Shown: in pieces, positions 1 through 8,985 of the stretch
Layout of the letters: each line of letters opens with the position of its first letter
Numbering within the stretch: position 1 is the stretch's first letter
NCBI GenBank assembly: GCA_038850735.1
Contig: JAWCLO010000001.1
Coordinates: forward strand, 16,138-80,137
Reading direction: 5' to 3'
DNA from: Methanomassiliicoccales archaeon
GTDB lineage: Archaea > Thermoplasmatota > Thermoplasmata > Methanomassiliicoccales > JACIVX01
DNA: 64,000 nt
Translations under genes and position numbers: made by a program
The notes under the pieces: model-generated
Databases searched by the model: none
Seen by the model: only the letters and a program-made list of their open reading frames with translations
Told to the model about the DNA's origin: nothing

Positions 1-2
1 TG

Positions 3-404
3 GATCTTTCGAACCTTGATATTGTGTTTGAGAGACCACGCTATTCGCTACAAGGACTCTACAAAGGCATTGATATAATTTGGGGCGAGCCATGCAGTGG
101 ATGTGCAGGTGCGTTGAGTGTAGCACTTGAACGCATGGAGCGGTCTGGTGAGCTTGAGATCATAAGGCAAAATGGCGGTCTGGTAATTGCTCTTGGTAAA
201 ACCGCAGATCCTCAACCGAACGAAAGACTAGTATTGCTGGGAAAATGCCAATACCGTAATCGAAGCAAAGGTATGTTTATTCCCGGGTGTCCGCCACCAG
301 GGATGATCGTAAGAGAGATGCTTTCGAAATTCGCAAAAGGAGAGTCAAAATACGGAAGCGAAGCGTTCGTGAGGGAAGCTGAAATACTCTACAAAGACCA
401 GTAA
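3..404 (+). CDS. C-terminal fragment of a DUF362-like (putative Fe-S) protein; 5' end lies outside the window
   Basis: The frame of ORF 24..404 stays open back to the window edge. The CSGCAG motif and the C-terminal GCPPPG tail are recalled from DUF362-type proteins. No search was run. Confidence 0.4.
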   Translation, partial: DLSNLDIVFERPRYSLQGLYKGIDIIWGEPCSGCAGALSVALERMERSGELEIIRQNGGLVIALGKTADPQPNERLVLLGKCQYRNRSKGMFIPGCPPPGMIVREMLSKFAKGESKYGSEAFVREAEILYKDQ

Positions 405-552
405 TTAATTGCTCAGATTGATGCGACAAATAATAATGAGAAAGTGGGCGTTGTGCGTAACTACTGACCGCCGAATAGCAATAATCGGAGGGACTACACA
501 TATTTGATCATGAAAAAATGATAAATGCTAGTTCCGAAATACGAGGGACGAT

Positions 553-628
553 GCCACCATAGCTCAGCTGGAAGAGCGGCTGACTTGTAATCAGCAGGTC
601 GGGAGTTCAAATCTCCCTGGTGGCTCCA
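553..628 (+). tRNA. tRNA-Thr (anticodon UGU), with genomically encoded CCA
   Basis: Hand-folded perfect cloverleaf: acceptor GCCACCA/TGGTGGC, D stem GCTC/GAGC, anticodon stem GCTGA/TCAGC with loop CTTGTAA, T arm GGGAG-TTCAAAT-CTCCC, discriminator T then CCA. A TTTT run follows at 629-632. Confidence 0.93.
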
Positions 629-911
629 TTTTATGAGTTAATAGAATTGCTGATTGCAGACTTCTTGAGCAGAATTCGAGCAAACAGTTGCCATTGAACT
701 ATAATGAGCTGCTGGAGCGCATTCCGAAGAGTTACGCATCTTAATCTCACACATAATAACACTCATTGAGCGAGGATTTCAAGAAATCCAATGAAGTAAA
801 TTGATATTGTTGATCTACCACAATATTAGAGAACATGTAATATAATATCTTACAATCGGGTATTCAGGATTCGCAGTACGCTGATACATAGTTTTTTGCC
901 CGATTTGCCAA

Positions 912-2246
912 TCATTTCATCGACTCAACAGCAGACACAGACTCATCGAGAATTTCCATTGCCACATCGATTTCCTCGATTGTCACATTAAGAGGCGGAA
1001 TATATCTGATAGAGGAATTACCACACCCCAAGAGTATTAGCCCTTTATTGAAGGCCACTTCTATGATCTTATCTCTCTCCTTCACAGCCCTTTCTTTTGA
1101 TTCTTTATCCTTAACAATTTCCGTCGCCTGCATGAGTCCGAGACCCCTCACATCACCGATGATGTTATGAGAATCTTTCATTTCTTCAAGGCGCCTTCTC
1201 AAATAGTCACCACTTTTCTTCGCTTTATCGATGAGATTTTCCTTTTCCAGCACTTCAAGGGTAGCCAAAGCGGATGCACATGCCAGAGGGTTGCCCCCAA
1301 AAGTGTTGGAATGAGAGCCCTTGATTTTAAAGTCATATCTGCTATCAAAAATCGTTGCACCTATAGGCACGCCTGATCCAAGGGCCTTTGCGCAACAAAG
1401 TATATCCGGTACAATTCCAAAATGATCGATGCCCCACATTCTTCCGGTTCTACCTATTCCCGCTTGCACCTCATCGTCAACAAGAAGTATGCTGTATTTT
1501 CTCGTAATCTTGTATATTTCCTTTATGAATTCTTGCGGTGGTACAATGTAACCACCTTCTCCCTGAATTGGCTCTACAAAAATCGCTCCTATTTCATCTG
1601 GACAGACAAAAGAATCGAAGTAGACTTCTTCAAAAATGCGTGCACACCAGATATCACATGATGGGTATTCGAGGTGATACGGGCATCGATAGCAATATGC
1701 ATAGGGCAAATGTATAACACCTGGAACCGTCGGGAAATACCTTGCCCGCTGTACAGGTTTGCTCGCGGTAAGTGATAACGACCCTAATGTCCTCCCGTGA
1801 AAAGCCCCGATGAAGGCGACGAATTGGGGACGCTTGGTTGACCATCTCACGATTTTCATTGCCGCCTCGATAGATTCCGTCCCACTATTGCTGAAGAAAA
1901 CCTTCTTTTGAAAATCTCCTGGTGTAATCTCTGCGAGTTTCTTTGCAAGATTTGATTGTACATCGTAATAGAAATCAGTACCAGCAAAGTGAATAAATCG
2001 ATCCAACTGTCTTTTTATTGCTTCAATAACAATAGGATGCCTATGACCAACATTTAATACGGCGACACCGCTTGTAAAATCGAGAAATCTATTTCCGTCA
2101 GCATCAATGACCGTAGATCCGCTTGCGGACTCAATCGCAAGAGGCAGTGCCTTGGTTGAAGTTGCAAGATACTTCTCGTCGACTTCGATAATCTTCTTAG
2201 CCTTTGGACCAGGGGGGCTAACTGCAATTGATGGGGCCTCTTTCAT
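912..2246 (-). CDS. Class-III PLP aminotransferase (4-aminobutyrate / ornithine aminotransferase-like paralog)
   Basis: 444 aa. Shows class-III aminotransferase signatures (SGTESIEAA, LLVDDEVQAGIGRTG, CCAKALG with the PLP lysine). Lies last in the minus-strand arg cluster. Confidence 0.8.
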   Translation of the reverse strand: MKEAPSIAVSPPGPKAKKIIEVDEKYLATSTKALPLAIESASGSTVIDADGNRFLDFTSGVAVLNVGHRHPIVIEAIKRQLDRFIHFAGTDFYYDVQSNLAKKLAEITPGDFQKKVFFSNSGTESIEAAMKIVRWSTKRPQFVAFIGAFHGRTLGSLSLTASKPVQRARYFPTVPGVIHLPYAYCYRCPYHLEYPSCDIWCARIFEEVYFDSFVCPDEIGAIFVEPIQGEGGYIVPPQEFIKEIYKITRKYSILLVDDEVQAGIGRTGRMWGIDHFGIVPDILCCAKALGSGVPIGATIFDSRYDFKIKGSHSNTFGGNPLACASALATLEVLEKENLIDKAKKSGDYLRRRLEEMKDSHNIIGDVRGLGLMQATEIVKDKESKERAVKERDKIIEVAFNKGLILLGCGNSSIRYIPPLNVTIEEIDVAMEILDESVSAVESMK

Positions 2247-2344
2247 AACCCTTCCCTGCTATCTCCTAGAGAGCACAAGTTATTTTATGATTTGCTGGGA
2301 ATTTTTCCAAATTTCGAACAATATCCTCGATAGAGCATAATATA

Positions 2345-3034
2345 TCACTCGTCTTGCTCTGATATAACCTGCTCTGCCTTTTCGATACATTTTGTTAATA
2401 TAGAGTAAGCAGGGATCATGTCAGATTCGGCAACGATAAATATCGTATCTGTGTAACAACTAACAGTCTCAACGATGTTCAAACCGCTCTCAGCAATGCT
2501 AGATACAAGATATGCAAAAACACCACTTGTTTCTGTAATCGCCTCAGGAGATTTCACAGATATTTCTACGAGATCCTGGCGAATTTTGAGGATATTCTCC
2601 TTTCCCACTGCAGACACTACCTCTCCCTTCAGCTTCTCATCAACTATGATCGTTATTGCGTGCGTTCCTTGAATTACCTGCATTATTGCCTTCTCGTTTA
2701 AGAGCTTACGAAACACAGAATCCAACCGTTGAAGCACTGTCCAGTCATTTTTGGCGGTAACTATGCAAATCTTTGTTTTCACTTCAACTCTGCTGTTCCT
2801 TATAACTGATAGTACTTCTCTTTCGTGATCATGGTCGTGCAAAGAAAGCGCATATCGTCTGCAGGCAATCATAACAGCTTCTTCATTTTTGATTCCCTCT
2901 TCCTTCATTATGAGCCTGGCCAGCGAGGAAAAATTCACAAGATCTTTCGAAATGCAGTCTTTAATGCTTGGGTGCGAATCGATGTATGCCCTCGTCCTCT
3001 CTGCTATGCTTTCCTTATGTGGGGTTTTCTTCAT
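2345..3034 (-). CDS. ACT-domain protein, predicted amino-acid-metabolism regulator
   Basis: 229 aa. The C-terminal part resembles ACT ligand-binding domains and the N-terminal ~60 aa is helical and HTH-like. It sits between two aminotransferases in the arg cluster. Assignment is by recall of the archaeal ACT-regulator family. Confidence 0.5.
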   Translation of the reverse strand: MKKTPHKESIAERTRAYIDSHPSIKDCISKDLVNFSSLARLIMKEEGIKNEEAVMIACRRYALSLHDHDHEREVLSVIRNSRVEVKTKICIVTAKNDWTVLQRLDSVFRKLLNEKAIMQVIQGTHAITIIVDEKLKGEVVSAVGKENILKIRQDLVEISVKSPEAITETSGVFAYLVSSIAESGLNIVETVSCYTDTIFIVAESDMIPAYSILTKCIEKAEQVISEQDE

Positions 3035-3111
3035 AAGAATTGGAGGATTATGAATTACGGTATTAAAAATTAATCATTGTTTGTCGTCACCGCAATACGA
3101 CGAGATCACAT

Positions 3112-4305
3112 TCATTTAATTGATTGCTTAGAATAAGTTAGGATAAATGAAGAAAAGGCTTCATTGAATTTTCTGACAGAGTTGTCTGACAAGATAAGTG
3201 GCGGGACGAGACGAATGACTTTTCCAGCACATAAATTTACCAGAATCCTTCTTTCAAAACAGTACCTGAGAAACTCTTTTGCCGTTTCGCCAAAATCAAT
3301 ACCGATCATCAGCCCTTTTCCCCTTACATCCACATTGAAATCATTTGCGATCGAACTCAGTGCCACGATCCAAGAATCTCCGACGCTCTCCGCACGCTTC
3401 CACAGTTGTTCCTCTTTTATAATTTCTATGACCTTAGCTGCAACGCGACAAACAAATGGATTGCCACCAAATGTAGACCCATGAGATCCTGGTTGGAACG
3501 TTTTTGCGAGGTCTTGAGATGTTGTGATCGCTCCTATAGGAAAACCACCTCCAAGTCCCTTTGCAAATGTGACTATATCCGGAACGATGTCAAAATGTTC
3601 GAATGCAAACATCTTGCCTGTTCTTCCGAATCCAGTTTGGACTTCATCTAGTATCAGTAAGGCTCCAGTTTCATCACATAAGTCCCTAGCAGCTTTCAAA
3701 AATTCTTTCGAAGGAACAATCACTCCTCCTTCTCCTTGAATTGGCTCAAGAATCACAGCAGCTGTTTCATTATTGATTTTCTCCTTCAGATCTTCAATAT
3801 TCCCGTATCTGATGAAATCGAAAGCGTGTGACAAGAGAGGCTCATATCCTTGGTGATATTTTTGCTGTCCAGTTGCTGAAAGCGCTCCCATAGTTCTGCC
3901 GTGGAATGAATTGTATGCTGAAACGAAACGCTTTCTACCTGTATTTTTTGCGGCTAGCTTTAAAGCTGCTTCATTTGCTTCTGCGCCACTATTTACAAAT
4001 AGAGAACAACTAAGAGGTTTTGGAAGTATTTCCGCTAGACTCATCGCTAGATCTAGCTGCTCCTGTATATAATAGAGATTTGAGACATGGATAAGTCGAT
4101 CGGCTTGCTCCTTAGCCACTTTTACAATAGAAGGATGACAATGACCCAGAAGATTGACAGCAATTCCTGCTACAAGATCGATGTACTCGTTTCCATCAAT
4201 GTCATATAAATACTCACCACTTCCTCTCTCGAAACAGACCTCTTCTCTTGCATAATTTGGAAAGAGATAGAGGGCACTATATTCTTTGACTTCTTTGATA
4301 TTCAT
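3112..4305 (-). CDS. argD: Acetylornithine aminotransferase
   Basis: 397 aa class-III aminotransferase (LILDEVQTGFGRTGKMFA, TFAKGLGGGFPIG), immediately downstream of argB. Confidence 0.88.
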   Translation of the reverse strand: MNIKEVKEYSALYLFPNYAREEVCFERGSGEYLYDIDGNEYIDLVAGIAVNLLGHCHPSIVKVAKEQADRLIHVSNLYYIQEQLDLAMSLAEILPKPLSCSLFVNSGAEANEAALKLAAKNTGRKRFVSAYNSFHGRTMGALSATGQQKYHQGYEPLLSHAFDFIRYGNIEDLKEKINNETAAVILEPIQGEGGVIVPSKEFLKAARDLCDETGALLILDEVQTGFGRTGKMFAFEHFDIVPDIVTFAKGLGGGFPIGAITTSQDLAKTFQPGSHGSTFGGNPFVCRVAAKVIEIIKEEQLWKRAESVGDSWIVALSSIANDFNVDVRGKGLMIGIDFGETAKEFLRYCFERRILVNLCAGKVIRLVPPLILSDNSVRKFNEAFSSFILTYSKQSIK

Positions 4306-4374
4306 AAGATTTCCTTCCGCTTCTTTTTTCTAGCTTCTGAATGTTCGAAGATCCATATTAAGCTCACAATTAAA

Positions 4375-5250
4375 TTATGGAACAACCTTTGTGCCACAAT
4401 CCTTTATGCCCAAGAGCTCGTTGAGTATAGAATGTGGCGTCTTGCCACAGACCATATGAGCTGTTTTCACGCCGTTCATTATAGCAATACGACATGCCTC
4501 GAGCTTGGGCACCATTCCATCTTTTACGACACCATTCGCGATCAAATGATCGATTTCTTTAAGAGAAACTCTTGGAATAACCGTTGCACCATTACCATTT
4601 TCTTTCATAATGCCAGGAACATCTGTCACAAGAAAGATCTCCTCTGACCGAAGGGCTCTGGCAATGTGAGCTGCGACCGTATCCGCATTGACATTTACGC
4701 GTTTTCCATTTTCGTCCGTGCAAATTGGATATATCACGGGCACAAAGCCACTTGCACATAGGAGATTGATTGGAGTGGGATCAACGCAGGATACCTCGCC
4801 AACATTCCCTAGATCTACAAGATAAGAATTGCCATTTTCATCTTTAACTGGAACGGGAGACATCCTTCTGCAAACAATCATTTTTCCTTCAGCGCCCTCC
4901 ATTCCGACTGCTTTGATTCCAGCTTTCTTGAGAGAGAGCACGATCTTCTCATTGATATTTTTAAGAACTCTCATGACAACCTCGAGAGTTTCGTCATCGG
5001 TGATCCTGAGCCCAGCTACTTTCTTGACCTCCTTTCCCAATTTCTTCAACTCTTCATTTATCTCCGGTCCGCCGCCATGTATGATGATAGGTCTAATTCC
5101 GAGACTAACGAGAAGAGCAATATCTTCGCAGAAACTTGCCATATCTCCGTTTCCGTTGAGGGCGCTTCCACCAAACTTGATGACTATTTTCTTGTGTTTC
5201 AATTTTGCCAAACGGAAGGCAAATTCCCTCGGAAATTCAATATTTTTCAT
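4375..5250 (-). CDS. argB: Acetylglutamate kinase
   Basis: 291 aa amino-acid kinase fold (VIKFGGSAL, IIHGGGPEI, VNVNADTVAA). Confidence 0.92.
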   Translation of the reverse strand: MKNIEFPREFAFRLAKLKHKKIVIKFGGSALNGNGDMASFCEDIALLVSLGIRPIIIHGGGPEINEELKKLGKEVKKVAGLRITDDETLEVVMRVLKNINEKIVLSLKKAGIKAVGMEGAEGKMIVCRRMSPVPVKDENGNSYLVDLGNVGEVSCVDPTPINLLCASGFVPVIYPICTDENGKRVNVNADTVAAHIARALRSEEIFLVTDVPGIMKENGNGATVIPRVSLKEIDHLIANGVVKDGMVPKLEACRIAIMNGVKTAHMVCGKTPHSILNELLGIKDCGTKVVP

Positions 5251-5260
5251 CTAGTCTCAC

Positions 5261-6487
5261 CTAGGTCGTATACGCGGAATTTATCCTTACATAGTCATAG
5301 CTCAGATCACAGCCCCAAGCATCGGCTGTGCAATTACCCATCCCAAGATCAAGTTGGATTGTTATTGCTTTGCTAGAAAGTACCTTTCTAGCTACGGCCT
5401 CAACAGATTTTCCAGATAACTGCATTGGCTCTCCGCGATCGAACAATTTCACACTTGTTCCATTTGCACATATCATGAGTTGCATTTTATCAAGATCGAA
5501 TTTGCTAGCCGAATTCCCCACGGCCGCAATGATCCTGCCATAGTTGGGATCGGCACCAAATACAGCTGCCTTCACCAAATTTGATGAAACTATCGATCTG
5601 GCCGCACTCCTCGCGTCTTCTTCTGTAAGCGCACCCGTTACGACAACCTCGATTAATTTCGTAGCACCTTCACCGTCAGCGGCTATTTTTTTCGAGAGGG
5701 TTTTCGCTACCAACTCGACGCCGTCCCAGAAACCGGCGTCATCGTCGACTGGGTCTCCCCCAACACACCCGTTTGCCATAAATACTGAGATGTCATTGGT
5801 ACTCTGGTCACCGTCGACATTTATCATATTGAATGTGCGGTCGAGAATACGCTGCCAGCGTTTGTCAGGCCTTGAAGTTATCAGTGCATCGGTAGTAATG
5901 AAACTCAGTGTCGTTGCATGCAGTGTTCTCATAGATGGAGATATCATCCCGCTACCTTTAGCCATTCCACCTATCGTCACAATCCTACCATCAGCAAGAG
6001 GAACTTGGCACGCTACCTCCTTTCTAACAAGATCAGTCGTCATGATTGCAGTTGAGGCTAGTTCATCATATTTCTTTCCCCTTCCAATAGACTTTGCAGC
6101 GATACTTATACCCTCAATAACGCGGTCAATAGGCATATAACGACCTATGACTCCAGTTGATGCCACTCCCACGAGAGCTTCATCGATATTGAATTCGTGT
6201 GCCGTTGTTTTCACCATCGCAATTGCATCCTCAATCCCCTTTAAACCCGTGAGTGCATTTGCGTTTCCGCTATTGATCACGAATGCTTGGAGAAATTCCG
6301 GATCTCTTTTCATCATAATTTCAACAGGTGCTGCTTTTACTTTGTTCTGCGTGTACCCTATTGAGACACGCGCAGGCTTTTCAGAATAGAGTAACGCAAG
6401 ATCGAGTTTTTCTCTTTTGATACCAGCATGTACGCCGCTTGCGTACCAACCAAGGGGTGAGGTGATACCTCCCTCAATGATATTCAA
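5261..6487 (-). CDS. argJ: Bifunctional glutamate N-acetyltransferase / amino-acid acetyltransferase
   Basis: 408 aa. Carries the ArgJ autoprocessing region HATTLSFITTDA and the C-terminal YVRINSAYTT. The start codon is TTG at 6487. Confidence 0.92.
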   Translation of the reverse strand: MNIIEGGITSPLGWYASGVHAGIKREKLDLALLYSEKPARVSIGYTQNKVKAAPVEIMMKRDPEFLQAFVINSGNANALTGLKGIEDAIAMVKTTAHEFNIDEALVGVASTGVIGRYMPIDRVIEGISIAAKSIGRGKKYDELASTAIMTTDLVRKEVACQVPLADGRIVTIGGMAKGSGMISPSMRTLHATTLSFITTDALITSRPDKRWQRILDRTFNMINVDGDQSTNDISVFMANGCVGGDPVDDDAGFWDGVELVAKTLSKKIAADGEGATKLIEVVVTGALTEEDARSAARSIVSSNLVKAAVFGADPNYGRIIAAVGNSASKFDLDKMQLMICANGTSVKLFDRGEPMQLSGKSVEAVARKVLSSKAITIQLDLGMGNCTADAWGCDLSYDYVRINSAYTT

Positions 6488-6490
6488 TAC

Positions 6491-7510
6491 TCACACCCCC
6501 AGGCCAGGAAAATCAAGGCCACAAGCCTCATCCAGTCCAAACATGATATTTGCATTCTGAATTGCCTGCCCTGCGCCACCCTTCACCAAATTGTCAAGCG
6601 CGCCCATGACTACAAGGTTGTCACTGCCGGCAAACTCATATCCTACCTCACAAAAATTCGATCCGACGACTGAAGGTACAGAAGGGATGCTGTTTATCCT
6701 TACGAATTTACAGCTTTCATAGAACCCATGATATATCGAATAAATGTCATCATGACCAAACTGAGAATTTAGAGACACATAGCATGTACACAGGATACCC
6801 CTAACAATCGGTATAAGATGCGGCGTAAACACTACATCAATAGCGTCATTACCTATTTTTCTAAGCGCCATAGCAATCTCAGGAGTATGTCTATGAGACC
6901 CGACTTTATATGGAATCACGCTAGCCCCGCAATTTGGATGATGCGTCATCTTTGTTGGCTCCATACCAGCACCTGATGTTCCACTCTTCGCATCAACAAT
7001 GATTTTCTTCGACACCAAGCCCTTTGCAACCAAAGGAGCAACTGCAATGACCGCACAAGTAGGATAGCAGCCAGGATTTGCGACCAATTGAGCTTTTGCT
7101 ATTTCCTCTCCGAAGAGTTCTGGAATTCCATACACCGCTTTCATCAAGTTGTCTGGATCCTTGTGCTCAATTCCATACCACTTGCGATAAACAGCAGCGT
7201 CTCCGAGGCGGTAATCACCACTCAAATCAACTACCTTGATTCCCCTCTGTACCAGGTCTGGTATGACATCCATTGAAGCGCCGTACGGAGTTGCGACGAA
7301 TACGAGATCACAATCTTTTGCTTCGTTGAGCTTCTCATCGAATCTCATATCGAGGAATCCTTCGAGGAAGGGATGCATTTTGGAGACCTTTACGCCCGCA
7401 TGCTGCCGGGAGGTCATTGAAACAACTGTCATTTTTGGATGACGGCATAGTATACGAGCTAATTCGCCACCCGTATATCCTGATCCGCCAATGATAGCAG
7501 TCCTTATCAT
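6491..7510 (-). CDS. argC: N-acetyl-gamma-glutamyl-phosphate reductase
   Basis: 339 aa. N-terminal GGSGYTGGEL Rossmann motif and the active-site region NPGCYPT. Confidence 0.92.
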   Translation of the reverse strand: MIRTAIIGGSGYTGGELARILCRHPKMTVVSMTSRQHAGVKVSKMHPFLEGFLDMRFDEKLNEAKDCDLVFVATPYGASMDVIPDLVQRGIKVVDLSGDYRLGDAAVYRKWYGIEHKDPDNLMKAVYGIPELFGEEIAKAQLVANPGCYPTCAVIAVAPLVAKGLVSKKIIVDAKSGTSGAGMEPTKMTHHPNCGASVIPYKVGSHRHTPEIAMALRKIGNDAIDVVFTPHLIPIVRGILCTCYVSLNSQFGHDDIYSIYHGFYESCKFVRINSIPSVPSVVGSNFCEVGYEFAGSDNLVVMGALDNLVKGGAGQAIQNANIMFGLDEACGLDFPGLGV

Positions 7511-7549
7511 TCCCGTGTGCCTCTAAACTCGGAACTCGATTAAAATAAG

Positions 7550-7567
7550 ATCAGTATTAATACTGAT
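7550..7567. promoter_or_regulatory. Perfect 18-bp palindrome ATCAGTATTAATACTGAT in the argC/argG divergent promoter; candidate operator
   Basis: Verified base by base. It abuts a TATA-like TTATTTTAAT (minus strand, about 7539-7548) roughly 30 nt upstream of the argC ATG. The ACTGAT half-site recurs at 7569-7574 and 7611-7616. Confidence 0.45.
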
Positions 7568-7725
7568 GACTGATTTGAGACAAAATGAAAAAAAGCCTGT
7601 TCCCAACTAGACTGATGTTCTTCTGAACCTGAAATGTCCAAAAAAGGACTGCTTTATATTTAATTAGTCTTCGATAAGTCATCAATATTTTATAATAACC
7701 GGAAGTTCTACACGGTTCGATAGCA

Positions 7726-8985
7726 ATGGCATCCAGCATTTCAAAGAATAAAAGAGTGGTTTTGGCATATTCGGGCGGTCTTGATACATCGGTAGCCATA
7801 AGATGGCTAAAGGAAAGATACGGTTTTGAAGTAATCGCCGTGTCGGTCGATGTCGGACAACCCGGTAATATTAATGAAGATATTGCAAGGGCGAAGCAGA
7901 TAGGCGCAGTAAATGCATATGCTGTAGATGCAAAGGAGGATTTTGCCAAAAACTACATTTTTCCAGCACTCAAAGCCAATGCTCTATACCAAGGAACATA
8001 TCCCCTAAGTACTGCGATTGCCAGGCCACTTATTGCAAAAATCCTCGTTGACGTTGCAAATAAGGAAAATGCAAACTACATTGCGCATGGCTGCACCGCC
8101 AAGGGTAATGATCAGGTGAGATTCGACGTCTCGATAGGAGCGCTTGCACCCCACATTGAAATCATTGCTCCTATGAGGGAATGGGTAATGACGAGGGAGG
8201 ACGAAATCGAATATGCAAAGATTCATAAGATACCCATTAAGGTGAAGAAAGAGAGTCCATACAGTACAGACGAAAACCTGTGGGGCAGAAGTGTGGAATG
8301 CGGACTACTGGAAGATGCTACCCAAGAACCACCAGAAGATGCGTTTGAGTGGACGGCTTCTCCTTTGAATGCACCAGATGATCCGGAATATATTGATATT
8401 GGATTTGAAAAAGGAATTCCAGTATCCCTCAACAATGAATTTATGGAGCCAGTCAAAATCATAGGAAAACTGAATGAATTGGCTGGTAAGCACGGTGTGG
8501 GAAGAATCGATCACATAGAGGATCGACTGGTAGGGATCAAATCCCGTGAGGTTTATGAATGCCCTGCGGCTACTGTTCTAATAAACGCTCACCGTGATTT
8601 GGAGAAACTCGTGCTGCCAAGGGATGTGCTCAGTTTCAAGAGAATTGTTGAACAAAAATATGCTGAACTGATTTATGATGGTCTTTGGTTCAGCCCATTA
8701 AAAGAAGCGCTTGATGCATTTATTGAAAAGACCCAAGAATTTGTAACTGGGAAAGTCAGAGTTAAACTGTACAAAGGAAGTGCAATACCAGTGGGAAGAA
8801 GCTCTGAGTTCTCAATGTATGAAGTTGCATTGTCAACATATGATAAAGGAGACCGATTTGATCACACCGCTTCGAAGGGATTTATTTATGTTTGGGGACT
8901 TCCATTGAAAACTATTGCGGCGATTCGGAAAAAGCGGGTGGAATCAGGTGAGCAACAAGACGCTATGGCAGGGAAGATTCGATAA
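7726..8985 (+). CDS. argG: Argininosuccinate synthase
   Basis: 419 aa with the AYSGGLDTS ATP-binding motif. An AT-rich TATA-like box at about 7685-7696 precedes the ATG. Confidence 0.93.
   Translation: MASSISKNKRVVLAYSGGLDTSVAIRWLKERYGFEVIAVSVDVGQPGNINEDIARAKQIGAVNAYAVDAKEDFAKNYIFPALKANALYQGTYPLSTAIARPLIAKILVDVANKENANYIAHGCTAKGNDQVRFDVSIGALAPHIEIIAPMREWVMTREDEIEYAKIHKIPIKVKKESPYSTDENLWGRSVECGLLEDATQEPPEDAFEWTASPLNAPDDPEYIDIGFEKGIPVSLNNEFMEPVKIIGKLNELAGKHGVGRIDHIEDRLVGIKSREVYECPAATVLINAHRDLEKLVLPRDVLSFKRIVEQKYAELIYDGLWFSPLKEALDAFIEKTQEFVTGKVRVKLYKGSAIPVGRSSEFSMYEVALSTYDKGDRFDHTASKGFIYVWGLPLKTIAAIRKKRVESGEQQDAMAGKIR

Noticed and set aside
629-911. Non-coding stretch 3' of tRNA-Thr, considered as an integration site for a mobile element
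   Set aside because: There is no integrase, no direct repeat of the tRNA 3' end, and no foreign-looking genes. The next gene is a core aminotransferase.
5544-6140. 198-aa plus-strand ORF. Similar long antisense ORFs occur at 4829-5254, 32116-32739, 43784-44362, 17554-17991, 20192-20593, 21355-21744 and 35889-36296.
   Set aside because: Each is antisense to a confidently identified gene (argJ, argB, the permease, MFS, FKBP, leuB, leuD, the giant ORF). Each has a Ser/Pro/Ile-rich shadow-frame composition and no recognisable motif.
7557-7949. 130-aa minus-strand ORF spanning the arg intergenic region and the argG 5' end
   Set aside because: It overlaps the argG start and the promoter region, has no motif, and is best explained as a shadow ORF.
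8915-8947. Track-predicted 5' extension of argH overlapping argG by 71 nt
   Set aside because: The extension (MRRFGKSGWNQ) is unlike ArgH N-termini. The in-frame GTG at 8948 gives the canonical start context.
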